DNA of 64,000 nucleotides from Dehalococcoidia bacterium. GTDB taxonomy: Bacteria > Chloroflexota > Dehalococcoidia > UBA2979. The stretch lies in NCBI GenBank assembly GCA_050250415.1, contig JBFWOO010000003.1, forward strand, positions 222,691 through 286,690, written 5' to 3'. Below, one piece after another: positions 9,359-18,019 of the stretch. A program made the translations under genes and the position numbers. Below the pieces are notes generated by a model. The model was not told where the DNA came from and did not search any database. It was given only the letters and a program-made list of their open reading frames with translations. Every line of letters begins with the position of its first letter. Positions within the stretch are counted from its first letter, which is position 1.

Positions 9359-10132
9359 ATGCCGACCGCACCGATCAACGGCATCGAGCTGTTCTACGAG
9401 GACAGTGACCCAAACAACGAGGGCGGGAAGCCCGTCGTGTTCTTCATGCACGGCGCGGGCGGCAACCACATCTCCTGGTGGCAGCAGATCCCCACGTTCC
9501 GCCAGGACTACCGCTGCGTCGCCATCGACCACCGCGGCTTCGGCCGCTCCCTCGACACGACCGGGGAGGGCGTCGCGCGCTTCATCGACGACCTCGAGGC
9601 GTTCGTCGACCACCTCGGCGTGGAGAACCTGTCGATCGTCGCGCAGTCGATGGGAGGACGCGCGTCGCTCGGCTACGCCGTGCGGAAGCCGGAGCGCGTC
9701 CGCGCGCTCGTCATGGCGGACACGTGGGGCTTCTTCGACTGGCCCGAGCAGCAGGAGCGAGCGCGTTCCATGCAGCCAGCGGTCACGACGCCCCTCGTCC
9801 ACCGCGCCCTCGCCGAGCACTACCAGCAGGCCAACCCCGCGATGACCTTCCTCTACCGCCAGATCCAGGCGCTGAACCCCCCGCGCGAGGGCTCGCCCGT
9901 CACCGCCCCTGGCGCACCGACGCTGGATCAGGTGCGCGCCTGCCCGGTGCCCACGCTCTGCCTCGTGGGCGCCGATGACGGCGTGACGCCGCCGCCCCTG
10001 ATCCGGGCGCTGGCCGATGAACTCCCGAACGCGCAGTATGTGGAGATTCCGGGCGCGGGCCACTCGGTCTACTTCGAGCAGCCGCAGCGCTTCAACGAAC
10101 TCGTGGGTGACTTCCTGCGGAAGCACCAATAG
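9359..10132 (+). CDS. Alpha/beta-hydrolase fold protein
   Basis: PVVFFMHGAGGNH, nucleophile elbow VAQSMGG, conserved C-terminal His region GAGHSVYFEQP. Confidence 0.8.
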   Translation: MPTAPINGIELFYEDSDPNNEGGKPVVFFMHGAGGNHISWWQQIPTFRQDYRCVAIDHRGFGRSLDTTGEGVARFIDDLEAFVDHLGVENLSIVAQSMGGRASLGYAVRKPERVRALVMADTWGFFDWPEQQERARSMQPAVTTPLVHRALAEHYQQANPAMTFLYRQIQALNPPREGSPVTAPGAPTLDQVRACPVPTLCLVGADDGVTPPPLIRALADELPNAQYVEIPGAGHSVYFEQPQRFNELVGDFLRKHQ

Positions 10133-10199
10133 CGAGGGCGTCCCGGCCCGGACGCGGGCCAGCAGGCCGGCCGATGGGCCACGAGAAGGGTGACACCGC

Positions 10200-10673
10200 G
10201 TGAGTGAACACAACGGGGAGCGACCCGCCGAGAAGAACGGGCGCTCACTCAACGTCTTCTTCGACGTCGACAACACGCTCATCATGTGGAACGGGAAGCT
10301 CCGCAACCACACCGAGCACGTCTTCCAGCAACTCAAGGAGGCCGGCCACACGATCTACGTCTGGTCGGGGGTCGGCATCAGGCGCTGGGACATGAAGCGC
10401 CACAACCTGGATCACTACGTCACCGACTACTTCATCAAGCCGCTTGAGAAGCACCACGAGAAGCTGGACGCCCTCGGCGTGCCGATGATCCCGGACTACG
10501 TCATCGACGACCACAAGACGGTCGTGGACGCCTTCGGCGGCTACCACATCCCGGACATGGCGAAGCCGGACGACGAGGAGCTCCTGAAGGTCCTCGCGGA
10601 CATCATGGAGATGGCGGCCGCTCCCACCCTTGGCGACACCGAGGAGCCCGGCGAGGAAGTCGCGATCAGCTAG
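10200..10673 (+). CDS. Small HAD-superfamily hydrolase-like protein
   Basis: HAD motif I FFDVDNTL. GTG start; the protein is compact (157 aa). Confidence 0.6.
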   Translation: MSEHNGERPAEKNGRSLNVFFDVDNTLIMWNGKLRNHTEHVFQQLKEAGHTIYVWSGVGIRRWDMKRHNLDHYVTDYFIKPLEKHHEKLDALGVPMIPDYVIDDHKTVVDAFGGYHIPDMAKPDDEELLKVLADIMEMAAAPTLGDTEEPGEEVAIS

Positions 10674-10696
10674 CGGGACGGCCTCGTCGTCGCCCG

Positions 10697-11464
10697 CTAG
10701 TCCCGCGAGCGACGCGCGCGCTGCTGCGCGATGAAGCCGCGCAGGAGGCCATCGATGCGGCCACGCTCGAGCATCGCCGCGGCGCCCGTGCTCTCCGTCG
10801 CCACGTCCGAGGCTTCCGAGAAGCCGGCGAGGGCCGTGTAGGCGCGGTCGTCTTCCAGTCGCAGCAGCGGCTCCACGATCGTCCACATCGAGACGCCCTC
10901 GTGCCGCGTCGGGTCCACCGAGGCGTACACGACCCAGTCGAGGGCGCGCTCGCGGATGTCGTAGTGGCTGAACAACCGGTAGTCGAGGTCCCAGCGTTCC
11001 GGGTCCTGGTAGAGCGCGGGCGACCAGTCGATCGGGATCGGGCGGTCGGACTTCCGGAGCGGGTCGAGCGCGACCAGCCAGAGGCTCGTCGCAAGCGCCA
11101 GCGGCGACGCCGCGTAACCCCCTCGGACGCACCACGTCTGCGCGAAGGCCGCCCCCATCGCCTGCTGCACCCGGCGGTCGACGTGCAGACCGGCTCCGAG
11201 GAGCGTGCGCGTGACGAGCATGTGCCCGATGAGCCGGCCGTCCGCGTCGTCGCGCGGGCGCTCGCCGGTCGGCAGCGCGAAGTCCGCGCCGTCCTCGGAC
11301 GGCAGGAACGCCGCGAAGGTATGGAGCTCGCCTCCCTCGAAGCCGGGCGCGCCCGGCTGGCCGAGCGTGGCGAGCAGCGTGTCCAGCGCCGACGGATCGT
11401 CGACGCTGCCGTGGTCGCGGACCTGGGGCCAGAGGCGCTGGGCGAGGGTGAGTACGTCAGCCAT
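10697..11464 (-). CDS. Hypothetical protein
   Basis: Start assigned to MADVLTLAQRLW at 11464. High GC3 throughout. No family recognised. Confidence 0.5.
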   Translation of the reverse strand: MADVLTLAQRLWPQVRDHGSVDDPSALDTLLATLGQPGAPGFEGGELHTFAAFLPSEDGADFALPTGERPRDDADGRLIGHMLVTRTLLGAGLHVDRRVQQAMGAAFAQTWCVRGGYAASPLALATSLWLVALDPLRKSDRPIPIDWSPALYQDPERWDLDYRLFSHYDIRERALDWVVYASVDPTRHEGVSMWTIVEPLLRLEDDRAYTALAGFSEASDVATESTGAAAMLERGRIDGLLRGFIAQQRARRSRD

Positions 11465-11528
11465 GGGTGCGTTGAAGGTCGCGTCTGACGCGCGAGGTGT
11501 CAACGGCACCGGGAGCGGCGCGGCGGGG

Positions 11529-11714
11529 CTAGAACAGGCCGCCACCCGGGCTGCTGCCCGGCGGCCCCATCTTCGCCTCGGCGTTCGCGTCGCTCAGGCC
11601 GCCCTTGAGGTGCGCGTCCACATGGTCGCGTGCCGAGTGGTGGTCGCCGTGGCCGTTCGCGATGCGGAAGAGCCAGTCGAAGGGGCGCGCCATCGCCCGC
11701 AGGATGCCGTGCAT
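11529..11714 (-). CDS. Small His-rich hypothetical protein (61 aa)
   Basis: ORF with an HGDHHSARDHVDAH segment, co-directional with its neighbours. Coding status uncertain. Confidence 0.3.
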   Translation of the reverse strand: MHGILRAMARPFDWLFRIANGHGDHHSARDHVDAHLKGGLSDANAEAKMGPPGSSPGGGLF

Positions 11715-11781
11715 CGTGGACTCCGATCAGTGCGGCTCCGCGGAGCCTCACCCGTCCACCCTACCAGTCGCGGGGGAAGCG

Positions 11782-11994
11782 TCAGCCCTCCGCGGGCAGC
11801 TTCTTCACCCCGTCCACGATCCCGAGGATCGCGTTCACCTCCACGCGGTCGCCGGGCTGCGGATCGGCGTACGCCATGTCGTGCGACAGGCGTGCCTCGC
11901 GTGGCTGCTCGCTGCCGTCGGGCGTGTAGACGAGCCGGTAGTAGAGCGTGCCGTGTAGTTCGTAGGGCTGCACCCCGAGGATCGTCGCCTTCAT
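11782..11994 (-). CDS. Small hypothetical protein (70 aa)
   Basis: MKATILGVQPYELHGTLYYRLVYTPDGSEQ... Strong GC3 bias and compact non-low-complexity composition. Confidence 0.45.
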   Translation of the reverse strand: MKATILGVQPYELHGTLYYRLVYTPDGSEQPREARLSHDMAYADPQPGDRVEVNAILGIVDGVKKLPAEG

Positions 11995-12045
11995 CGGGCT
12001 CCTTCTCTCCGGGGTGCAGTCTACGGCTGCCTGCTCGGGCGCTGG

Positions 12046-13506
12046 CTAGCTGCCGGACGCCGCCCGGCGGTTGGACCGACGGCGCCACGGGCCGGGCGAG
12101 CGCTGGCCGTCGCCGCTGCGGTTCGGGCCGCCGTTGCGCGCCCCCGCGGCCGCGCCGCGCGGCCGACGCCCGGGGCGGCGCTCGCCGCTGCCGCGCATCG
12201 CCAGGTCACGCGGCAGGCCGCGCGGCGGCTCCCACGCGCCGAGGTCGCCCAGGCGCGGGTCGTCCGCCGTCATCGGCACGATCTCGTAGTCGAGGCCGGC
12301 GGAACGCTCGATCGCGACGACGTCGCGCTCCTGCTCCGGCAGCACCAGCGTCACCACCAGCCCCTCGGCGCCGGCGCGCGCGGTGCGCCCGGAGCGGTGG
12401 AGGTACACCTTCGCGTCCTCCGGCGGGTCGTAGTGGAGCACCAGGTCCACACGGTCGATGTGCAGCCCGCGCGCCGCGACGTTCGTCGCGACGAGGATCG
12501 GGCACTTGCCGCGGGCGAAGGCGTCCAGCGCGCGCTCCCGCTGGGCCTGTGACTTGCGGCCGTGGATCGCGCCGGCCTTCAGGCCGCTGCGCTCCATCAG
12601 GCGCTCCAGGCGGTCCGCGCCGTGCGTCGTGCGCACGAACACGATCGCCCGCGACGCGCCGGCGAGGATGCGCGCGGTGATGTCGGTCTTCGTCTCGGAG
12701 GTCACGCCGATGAAGCGCTGCTCCAGCGTGTCCACCGTGGCCGTGTCCGACACCACCTCGTGGTGCACCGGGTTGTCCTGGTAGCGCTCGACGAGCTTCC
12801 CGATGTCACCGTCCAGGGTGGCCGAGAACAGCAGCGTCTGCGCGGAGCGGTCGACGAGCTTCAGGATGCGCTCGACCTGCGGGAGGAAGCCCATGTCCGC
12901 CATCTGGTCGGCTTCGTCGATGACGACCATCGAGACGTCCTCGAGCGAGATGTCGCCGCGCTCGAGGAGGTCGTTCAGGCGGCCGGGCGTCGCGATCGCG
13001 AGGTCCACGCCCTGGCGCAGCCCCTGGATCTGCCGGTTGATCGAGACGCCGCCGTAGATGGCCATGAGCCACAGCCGGCGCGCCTCGCAGAGCGGTGACA
13101 GCGCCTCGGCGACCTGGTTCGCCAGCTCGCGCGTCGGCACGAGCACGAGCGACCGCGGGCGACGCGGCTTCGAAGTCGTCGTGTGGTGCACGAGCGGGAT
13201 GCCGAACGCCAGCGTCTTGCCGGAGCCGGTCTTCGCCTTGCCGCACACGTCGCGGCCGGCGAGGGCGTCCGGGATGGTCAGCGTCTGCACCGGGAACGGC
13301 GACGCGATCCCGGACTTCGCCAGCACCTTCAGCAGGTCGGCGGGCACGCCGAGGTCGGCGAAGGTCGGGCCTTCCGGCGCCTCCGGAGCGTCAGTGGCGG
13401 CGGGCGTGTCCGCTGCCGCCCGCTGCGGCGCTACGGCCGCCGCAGCGGGCCGTCGCGAGGCGGCCGCCGTGGGCGGTTCGTCCGTCGGGGTGTTCTCTTC
13501 GGTCAT
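12046..13506 (-). CDS. DEAD-box ATP-dependent RNA helicase with an Arg/Gly-rich C-terminal tail
   Basis: Q-motif, Walker A AKTGSGKT, PTRELA, DEAD, SAT, HRSGRTARAG, long R-rich C-terminus. Start at MTEENTPTDE (13506). Confidence 0.9.
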   Translation of the reverse strand: MTEENTPTDEPPTAAASRRPAAAAVAPQRAAADTPAATDAPEAPEGPTFADLGVPADLLKVLAKSGIASPFPVQTLTIPDALAGRDVCGKAKTGSGKTLAFGIPLVHHTTTSKPRRPRSLVLVPTRELANQVAEALSPLCEARRLWLMAIYGGVSINRQIQGLRQGVDLAIATPGRLNDLLERGDISLEDVSMVVIDEADQMADMGFLPQVERILKLVDRSAQTLLFSATLDGDIGKLVERYQDNPVHHEVVSDTATVDTLEQRFIGVTSETKTDITARILAGASRAIVFVRTTHGADRLERLMERSGLKAGAIHGRKSQAQRERALDAFARGKCPILVATNVAARGLHIDRVDLVLHYDPPEDAKVYLHRSGRTARAGAEGLVVTLVLPEQERDVVAIERSAGLDYEIVPMTADDPRLGDLGAWEPPRGLPRDLAMRGSGERRPGRRPRGAAAGARNGGPNRSGDGQRSPGPWRRRSNRRAASGS

Positions 13507-13836
13507 GACATCGATGGCGGGAAGCGCAGCAGTAGCCGACGCTGCGCGCCGGCGCGAGAAGAAGGACAAGCGGTCTCCGAGTCGATCGGGCTATCGACGC
13601 CTTGATGGCTGCGACCGTGAGGGCCCCGCGGGGCGCGCTGGAGGGAGGTCGCCGAACGCCCGATAGCCGGTGGGCGTGCGTGCTCAGGGGCGTCGAGTCC
13701 GACGGATTCCTCGCAGCAACCGCCCGAAGAATCAACTGAGGTGCTCTGACCGTACCACGCGCGCGGGTACGCACCATCCGGGACGATCCCTGGGGCCCGG
13801 TTGCCGTCCGCGCGGCTCGCGAGGACGATCGGGCCC

Positions 13837-14514
13837 ATGAAGCGACTGCTCCGGCTCCTCGCGCTCGCTGCGCTGCCCCTCGTGCTCCTCGCCTGCTCCG
13901 AGGAAGAGCCCGCCGTCACCGACGTCACCACAGCCACCGCCGAGGGCGGCACCCCCCTCGTCGAACGCACGGCGTCGCCCACGCCCGCCTCCGTGGCCAC
14001 GTCGACGCCGGCGGGCGCGGCGTCCCCCGGTGGCACGGCCGTCCCGGGGACGCAGGTGTCGCCCCCGGTCGAGACGCCGATCCCGGCGGCGACCGAGACC
14101 GTCACGTCCACGTACACGATCCCCACGAGCCAGCTTCCCCGCGTCCGCTTCGCGGGCGCGGACGGGCCCGTCCAGCTACCCGTCGAGGTGCCTCCGCGCA
14201 GCGAGTACGCGATCGGCCTCTCCGGCCGCACCTCGCTGGAGGGGCGCGGGATGGTCTTCTACCGCGAGGACTTCGGACAGACCGGGTTCTGGATGCAGAA
14301 CACCCACATCGACCTGGACATCGCGTTCGTCGACGACCAGGGCGAGATCCTCTTCATCACCACGATGTTCGCGGACACCCGGGACATCCACCGGCCGGAC
14401 GCGCCCTACGTCGTCGCCATCGAGGCGCCCGCCGGTTGGTACGCCGCCAACGGGATCGCCGAGGGTGGGCGCGTCGAGTACCTCTTCGACCTCGAGGCGA
14501 CCGTCACCGACTGA
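13837..14514 (+). CDS. DUF192-family secreted lipoprotein
   Basis: Signal peptide with lipobox MKRLLRLLALAALPLVLLAC, a Thr/Pro/Ala-rich linker, then a DUF192-like core (GMVFYREDF...WMQNTHIDLDIAFVDDQGEI...). Confidence 0.7.
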   Translation: MKRLLRLLALAALPLVLLACSEEEPAVTDVTTATAEGGTPLVERTASPTPASVATSTPAGAASPGGTAVPGTQVSPPVETPIPAATETVTSTYTIPTSQLPRVRFAGADGPVQLPVEVPPRSEYAIGLSGRTSLEGRGMVFYREDFGQTGFWMQNTHIDLDIAFVDDQGEILFITTMFADTRDIHRPDAPYVVAIEAPAGWYAANGIAEGGRVEYLFDLEATVTD

Positions 14515-14593
14515 CGGGTTCCCCTTGCCCGATCCCTATACTGGCGCGGCTGCCCGCGCGATCCCTGGCGCGGATGAGACGAGAGGGCCAACC

Positions 14594-15259
14594 ATGCCGG
14601 ACATGACCATCAACTTCGCCGGGAAGAGCATCGCCGGGTACCTCGCCGAGCCCGCCAGCCCGAAGGGCGGCATGATCGTCATCCAGGAGTGGTGGGGCCT
14701 GAACGATGACATCCGCGGCATTGCCGACAGCTACGCCGCCGAGGGCTACCTCGCCTTCGCGCCCGACCTCTACCACGGCACGCTGGCGACCGAGCCGGAC
14801 GAGGCCCGCAAGCTCGCGATGAGCCTGGAGCGTCAGATCGCCGCCGAGGAGATCGACGCCGCCATCGCCTGGATGAAGCAGGAACGCGGCGTCGCGAAGG
14901 TCGGGTGCGTCGGCTTCTGCATGGGCGGCGGCCTCACGCTCGCCACCGCGATGCGCCCCACCTCGAACGTCGACGCGGTCCACGTCTACTACGGCGGCGG
15001 CATGCCGGAGGGCGACGCCCTCAAGGGCATCAAGGTGCCGACGATGGGCTCCTACGGCGGCGAGGACCAGGGCATCCCGAAGGAGAAGGTGGACGCACTC
15101 CGCGACGCCCTCACCGCCGCCGGGACGCCGAACGACATCAAGCTCTACGACGGCGCGAAGCACTCCTTCTTCAACGCCGGTCCCGCCCACCACGAGGCGG
15201 CCTCCGCTGACTCGTGGGAGCGCTCGAAGGCCTGGTTCGGCCAGCACGTCGCCTCCTAG
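14594..15259 (+). CDS. Dienelactone hydrolase family protein
   Basis: GMIVIQEWWGLNDDIRGIAD, nucleophile GFCMGGG, C-terminal His region. ATG at 14594. Confidence 0.85.
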   Translation: MPDMTINFAGKSIAGYLAEPASPKGGMIVIQEWWGLNDDIRGIADSYAAEGYLAFAPDLYHGTLATEPDEARKLAMSLERQIAAEEIDAAIAWMKQERGVAKVGCVGFCMGGGLTLATAMRPTSNVDAVHVYYGGGMPEGDALKGIKVPTMGSYGGEDQGIPKEKVDALRDALTAAGTPNDIKLYDGAKHSFFNAGPAHHEAASADSWERSKAWFGQHVAS

Positions 15260-15292
15260 CGCGTACGGGCCCGGAGAGTTCGAGGATCGCCT

Positions 15293-15580
15293 GTGTCTGA
15301 CATGAGACTCGTCGCGAAGGCGCTGGACGACTTCGGTGACGACTGGCACTGGGTCATCCTGCACGACATCGAGCCGCGCGGTGAGCGCCGGTTCTACGCC
15401 TCCCGGGTGGACACGATCTGCGGCATCGTCCTCGACGAGGGCGGCGCCGTGGTCACCCTCCACGACACGGGTGCGCCCGACGAGCCGAGCTGCCCGCGCT
15501 GCCAGGGCTCCGGGCTCAGCCCGGCGTTGCGCGCCGACCTGGAGGCTATCCTCGAAGCGGCGGAGGCGGCGCCGGTCTAG
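15293..15580 (+). CDS. Small hypothetical protein (possible Cys-containing CPRC motif)
   Basis: 95-aa ORF ending 17 nt before the CoA-transferase gene, so probably co-transcribed. SCPRCQGSG segment. Confidence 0.4.
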   Translation: MSDMRLVAKALDDFGDDWHWVILHDIEPRGERRFYASRVDTICGIVLDEGGAVVTLHDTGAPDEPSCPRCQGSGLSPALRADLEAILEAAEAAPV

Positions 15581-15597
15581 CGCCGGAGGCACCGACG

Positions 15598-16992
15598 ATG
15601 ACTTCGTCCGACATCCGCGAGGTGGCGCGCGTCCCCTGGGAGGCGGCGGGCCTCGACCCTGCCGTGCTCCAGGCCCTCGAGGTCACCGGCGAGGCTCAGC
15701 TGCCGTCCGTGTACCGCGTCGTGGACCTTGCCACCGCCTCCATCGGCGCGGCGTCCCTTGCCGCCTCCACGCTGTGGGAGGCTCGAGGTGGCCCCACGGC
15801 CGGCGCCGACGTCGACCGCGGCCACGCCGCCGCCGCCTTCCTCAGCGAGCGCTACTACGCTCGCGCCGGCGAGGCGCCGCGCTCGCCCTGGTCGCCGCTC
15901 GCCGGCGACTACGCCACCGCGGACGGCCGCTTCGTCCGCATCCACGCGAACTTCGACCACCACCGGGACGCCGCCCTCGCCGCGCTCGGCATGCCGCCCG
16001 GGCCCGATACCCCCCGAGCGGCCGTCGAGACCGCCGTCGCCGGGTTCGACGCGGAACAACTCGTCGAGGAGATCATCGCGCGAGGCGGCGCCGCGTCGTC
16101 ATGGCGCACGCCGGGCGAATGGCACGCCCACCCGCAGGGCGAAGCGATTGCCGGGCTGCCGCTCATCACGATCGCTCGCCTCGACGCCGCCCCCGCCGAG
16201 CCGCTCTCCGCGTCGGAGGCGCCCCTCGAGGGCATCCGCGTGCTCGATCTTTCCCGCGTGCTGGCCGGCCCGATCTGCGGGCGTTTCCTCGCCGCCCACG
16301 GCGCGGATGTCCTCCGCGTCTCCGCGCCGCACCTCCCGACTTTCGAGGACCTCGACCGCGACACGGGCTTCGGCAAGCGCTCTGCGTTCGTGGACCTCCG
16401 CGACGAGGAGGGCCGTGCCACGCTGCGAGACCTCGTCGCGCGAGCGGACGTGTTCGTGCAGGCGTACCGGCCGGGCAGCCTCGGCGCGCGCGGGTTCTCC
16501 GCGCACGAGCTCGCCGCCCTCCGACCGGGCATCGTCGTGGTGGAACTCTCGGCCTACGGGCACCTCGGCCCGTGGGCCGGACGCCGCGGGTTCGACTCGC
16601 TCGTGCAGATGGCGAGCGGCATCGTCGCAACCGAGACCGCCGAGGACGGCGCCGCGCCGACGCGCTCGCTGCCCGCCCAGGCGCTCGACCACGGCACGGG
16701 CTACCTTGCCGCGCTCGGCACGATCGCTGGCCTCCACCGCCGCCACGTCGAGGGCGGCTCCTGGCACGTCCAGGTCGCGCTCGCCCGCACCGGCAAGTGG
16801 CTGGAGGACCTCGGCCACGTCGAACGCGGCCAGGATGTCGTGGCTCCCGAGCCCGCGCCCTACCTGATGCAGACCGGGGACATCACCCACGTCGCGCCAC
16901 CCGGGCGGATCAACGGCTACGCCCCGCGCTGGGCACGGTCAGCGCCCGAGATGGGTGAGCACGCGCCGACGTGGGACGAGCCCGGGCGCTAG
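15598..16992 (+). CDS. CoA-transferase family III protein with non-canonical (apparently permuted) domain order
   Basis: The canonical N-terminal motif GIRVLDLSRVLAGPICGRFL appears at residue ~215. ADVFVQAYRPGSLG and LDHGTGYLAALGTIAGLHRR follow it. The N-terminal 200 aa carry small-domain/C-terminal-type motifs (DLATASIGAASLAASTLWEARGG, TADGRFVRIHANF). Confidence 0.8.
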   Translation: MTSSDIREVARVPWEAAGLDPAVLQALEVTGEAQLPSVYRVVDLATASIGAASLAASTLWEARGGPTAGADVDRGHAAAAFLSERYYARAGEAPRSPWSPLAGDYATADGRFVRIHANFDHHRDAALAALGMPPGPDTPRAAVETAVAGFDAEQLVEEIIARGGAASSWRTPGEWHAHPQGEAIAGLPLITIARLDAAPAEPLSASEAPLEGIRVLDLSRVLAGPICGRFLAAHGADVLRVSAPHLPTFEDLDRDTGFGKRSAFVDLRDEEGRATLRDLVARADVFVQAYRPGSLGARGFSAHELAALRPGIVVVELSAYGHLGPWAGRRGFDSLVQMASGIVATETAEDGAAPTRSLPAQALDHGTGYLAALGTIAGLHRRHVEGGSWHVQVALARTGKWLEDLGHVERGQDVVAPEPAPYLMQTGDITHVAPPGRINGYAPRWARSAPEMGEHAPTWDEPGR

Positions 16993-17315
16993 GCATCCTC
17001 CGGCGTGCACACGAGGTGCACGACCGATGCCGGGCTCGCGATCCAGAATCCCGCGAACCCCTCGCGTAGCGGCTCGATCTCGTCGCAGCGCGTCACGCCC
17101 GCTGCGGTGAACCGCCGGGCAGCCGCATCGACATCGTCCGTGACCACCTCGAGCCATAGCTCGGCCTGGCTCGCCGTCGGCACGCGGTCGATCCACAGTC
17201 GGTTGGGGCCGAACTCGACCACCACGCTCGGCGCGAACTCCTCCAGGAGCGGAAACCCGAGGATGTCGCGGTAGAAGGCGACCGTGGCGTCGTACTGGTG
17301 AGGGGGAACTTTCAT
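16989..17315 (-). CDS. VOC/glyoxalase-family protein
   Basis: MKVPPHQYDATVAFYRDILGFPLLEE... (108 aa). Stop overlaps the stop of the convergent upstream gene at a shared CTAG. Confidence 0.65.
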   Translation of the reverse strand: MKVPPHQYDATVAFYRDILGFPLLEEFAPSVVVEFGPNRLWIDRVPTASQAELWLEVVTDDVDAAARRFTAAGVTRCDEIEPLREGFAGFWIASPASVVHLVCTPEDA

Positions 17316-17391
17316 CGCGATGTTCCGCCCCGCTGCGAACGTCGGTTCACCCACGGCAGCCCTCCAACCCGCCGCGCGTCGCCGGCCGCGG

Positions 17392-17922
17392 CTAGTACCA
17401 GTCCCGCTCGATGATCTGCGAGGCATGCTGCCCCAGCGTCGTGAGGATGCGCTCGTCGTCGTCGTCGAAGGCGTGGCCATCCTTGCGGTCGGTCACGTAG
17501 AGCGCGCCGCGCACCACGCCGTCCGCCCAGAGGGCGACCCCGGCGAGGGCGTGCATCTCCGGGTGGTGCGTCGGGAAGCCGAACGCCTTGCGGTGCTCGG
17601 CGACATCGTCGAACCGCACCGGCTTGCCGTCGTAGCGGAGCGATCCGAGCGGCCCGTGCCCCTGGGGCGGGGTGCGGAGACGCAGCATCGCGTCGCGGTC
17701 CAGGCCGGAGACGAAGAAGCCCTCGGTGTGGTCGTGCTCGTCGGTGACGGAGAGGGCGGCGTAGCGCCCGTTCGTCAGCTCGCGCGCGAGGTCCACCACG
17801 ATCTGCAACGACAGGTCCGGCCGCCGCCGTGACCCGAGGTGCTTCGTCCGCTCCGCGAGCGCGCGCAGCGCGCGCCGCTCCGGATCGCGGTGGATGAGGC
17901 GGTCGATCGCGCTGAACGCCAT
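17392..17922 (-). CDS. GAF domain-containing protein
   Basis: Single ~170-aa GAF-like fold (...ALSVTDEHDHTEGFFVSGLD...ALWADGVVRGALYVTDRKDGHAFDDDDE...). Confidence 0.65.
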   Translation of the reverse strand: MAFSAIDRLIHRDPERRALRALAERTKHLGSRRRPDLSLQIVVDLARELTNGRYAALSVTDEHDHTEGFFVSGLDRDAMLRLRTPPQGHGPLGSLRYDGKPVRFDDVAEHRKAFGFPTHHPEMHALAGVALWADGVVRGALYVTDRKDGHAFDDDDERILTTLGQHASQIIERDWY

Positions 17923-18019
17923 GCCGCCGAGGTTATCGCACCGCCGTCCCGCTCACGAGACGTCGGGCGGCGGTTCTGCGCGATTCTCGTGACAGCGGGC
18001 TCGAGGCGGCAGCCCCCCG

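Noticed and set aside
15336-16958. 540-aa plus-strand ORF in an alternate frame over the CoA-transferase
   Set aside because: Arg/Pro/Ala-rich composition overlapping a gene with clear family motifs in another frame.
16989-16992. CTAG shared by convergent stop codons of the CoA-transferase and VOC genes
   Set aside because: A 2-nt convergent overlap at a palindromic tetranucleotide is expected by chance in compact genomes and is not a functional signal.
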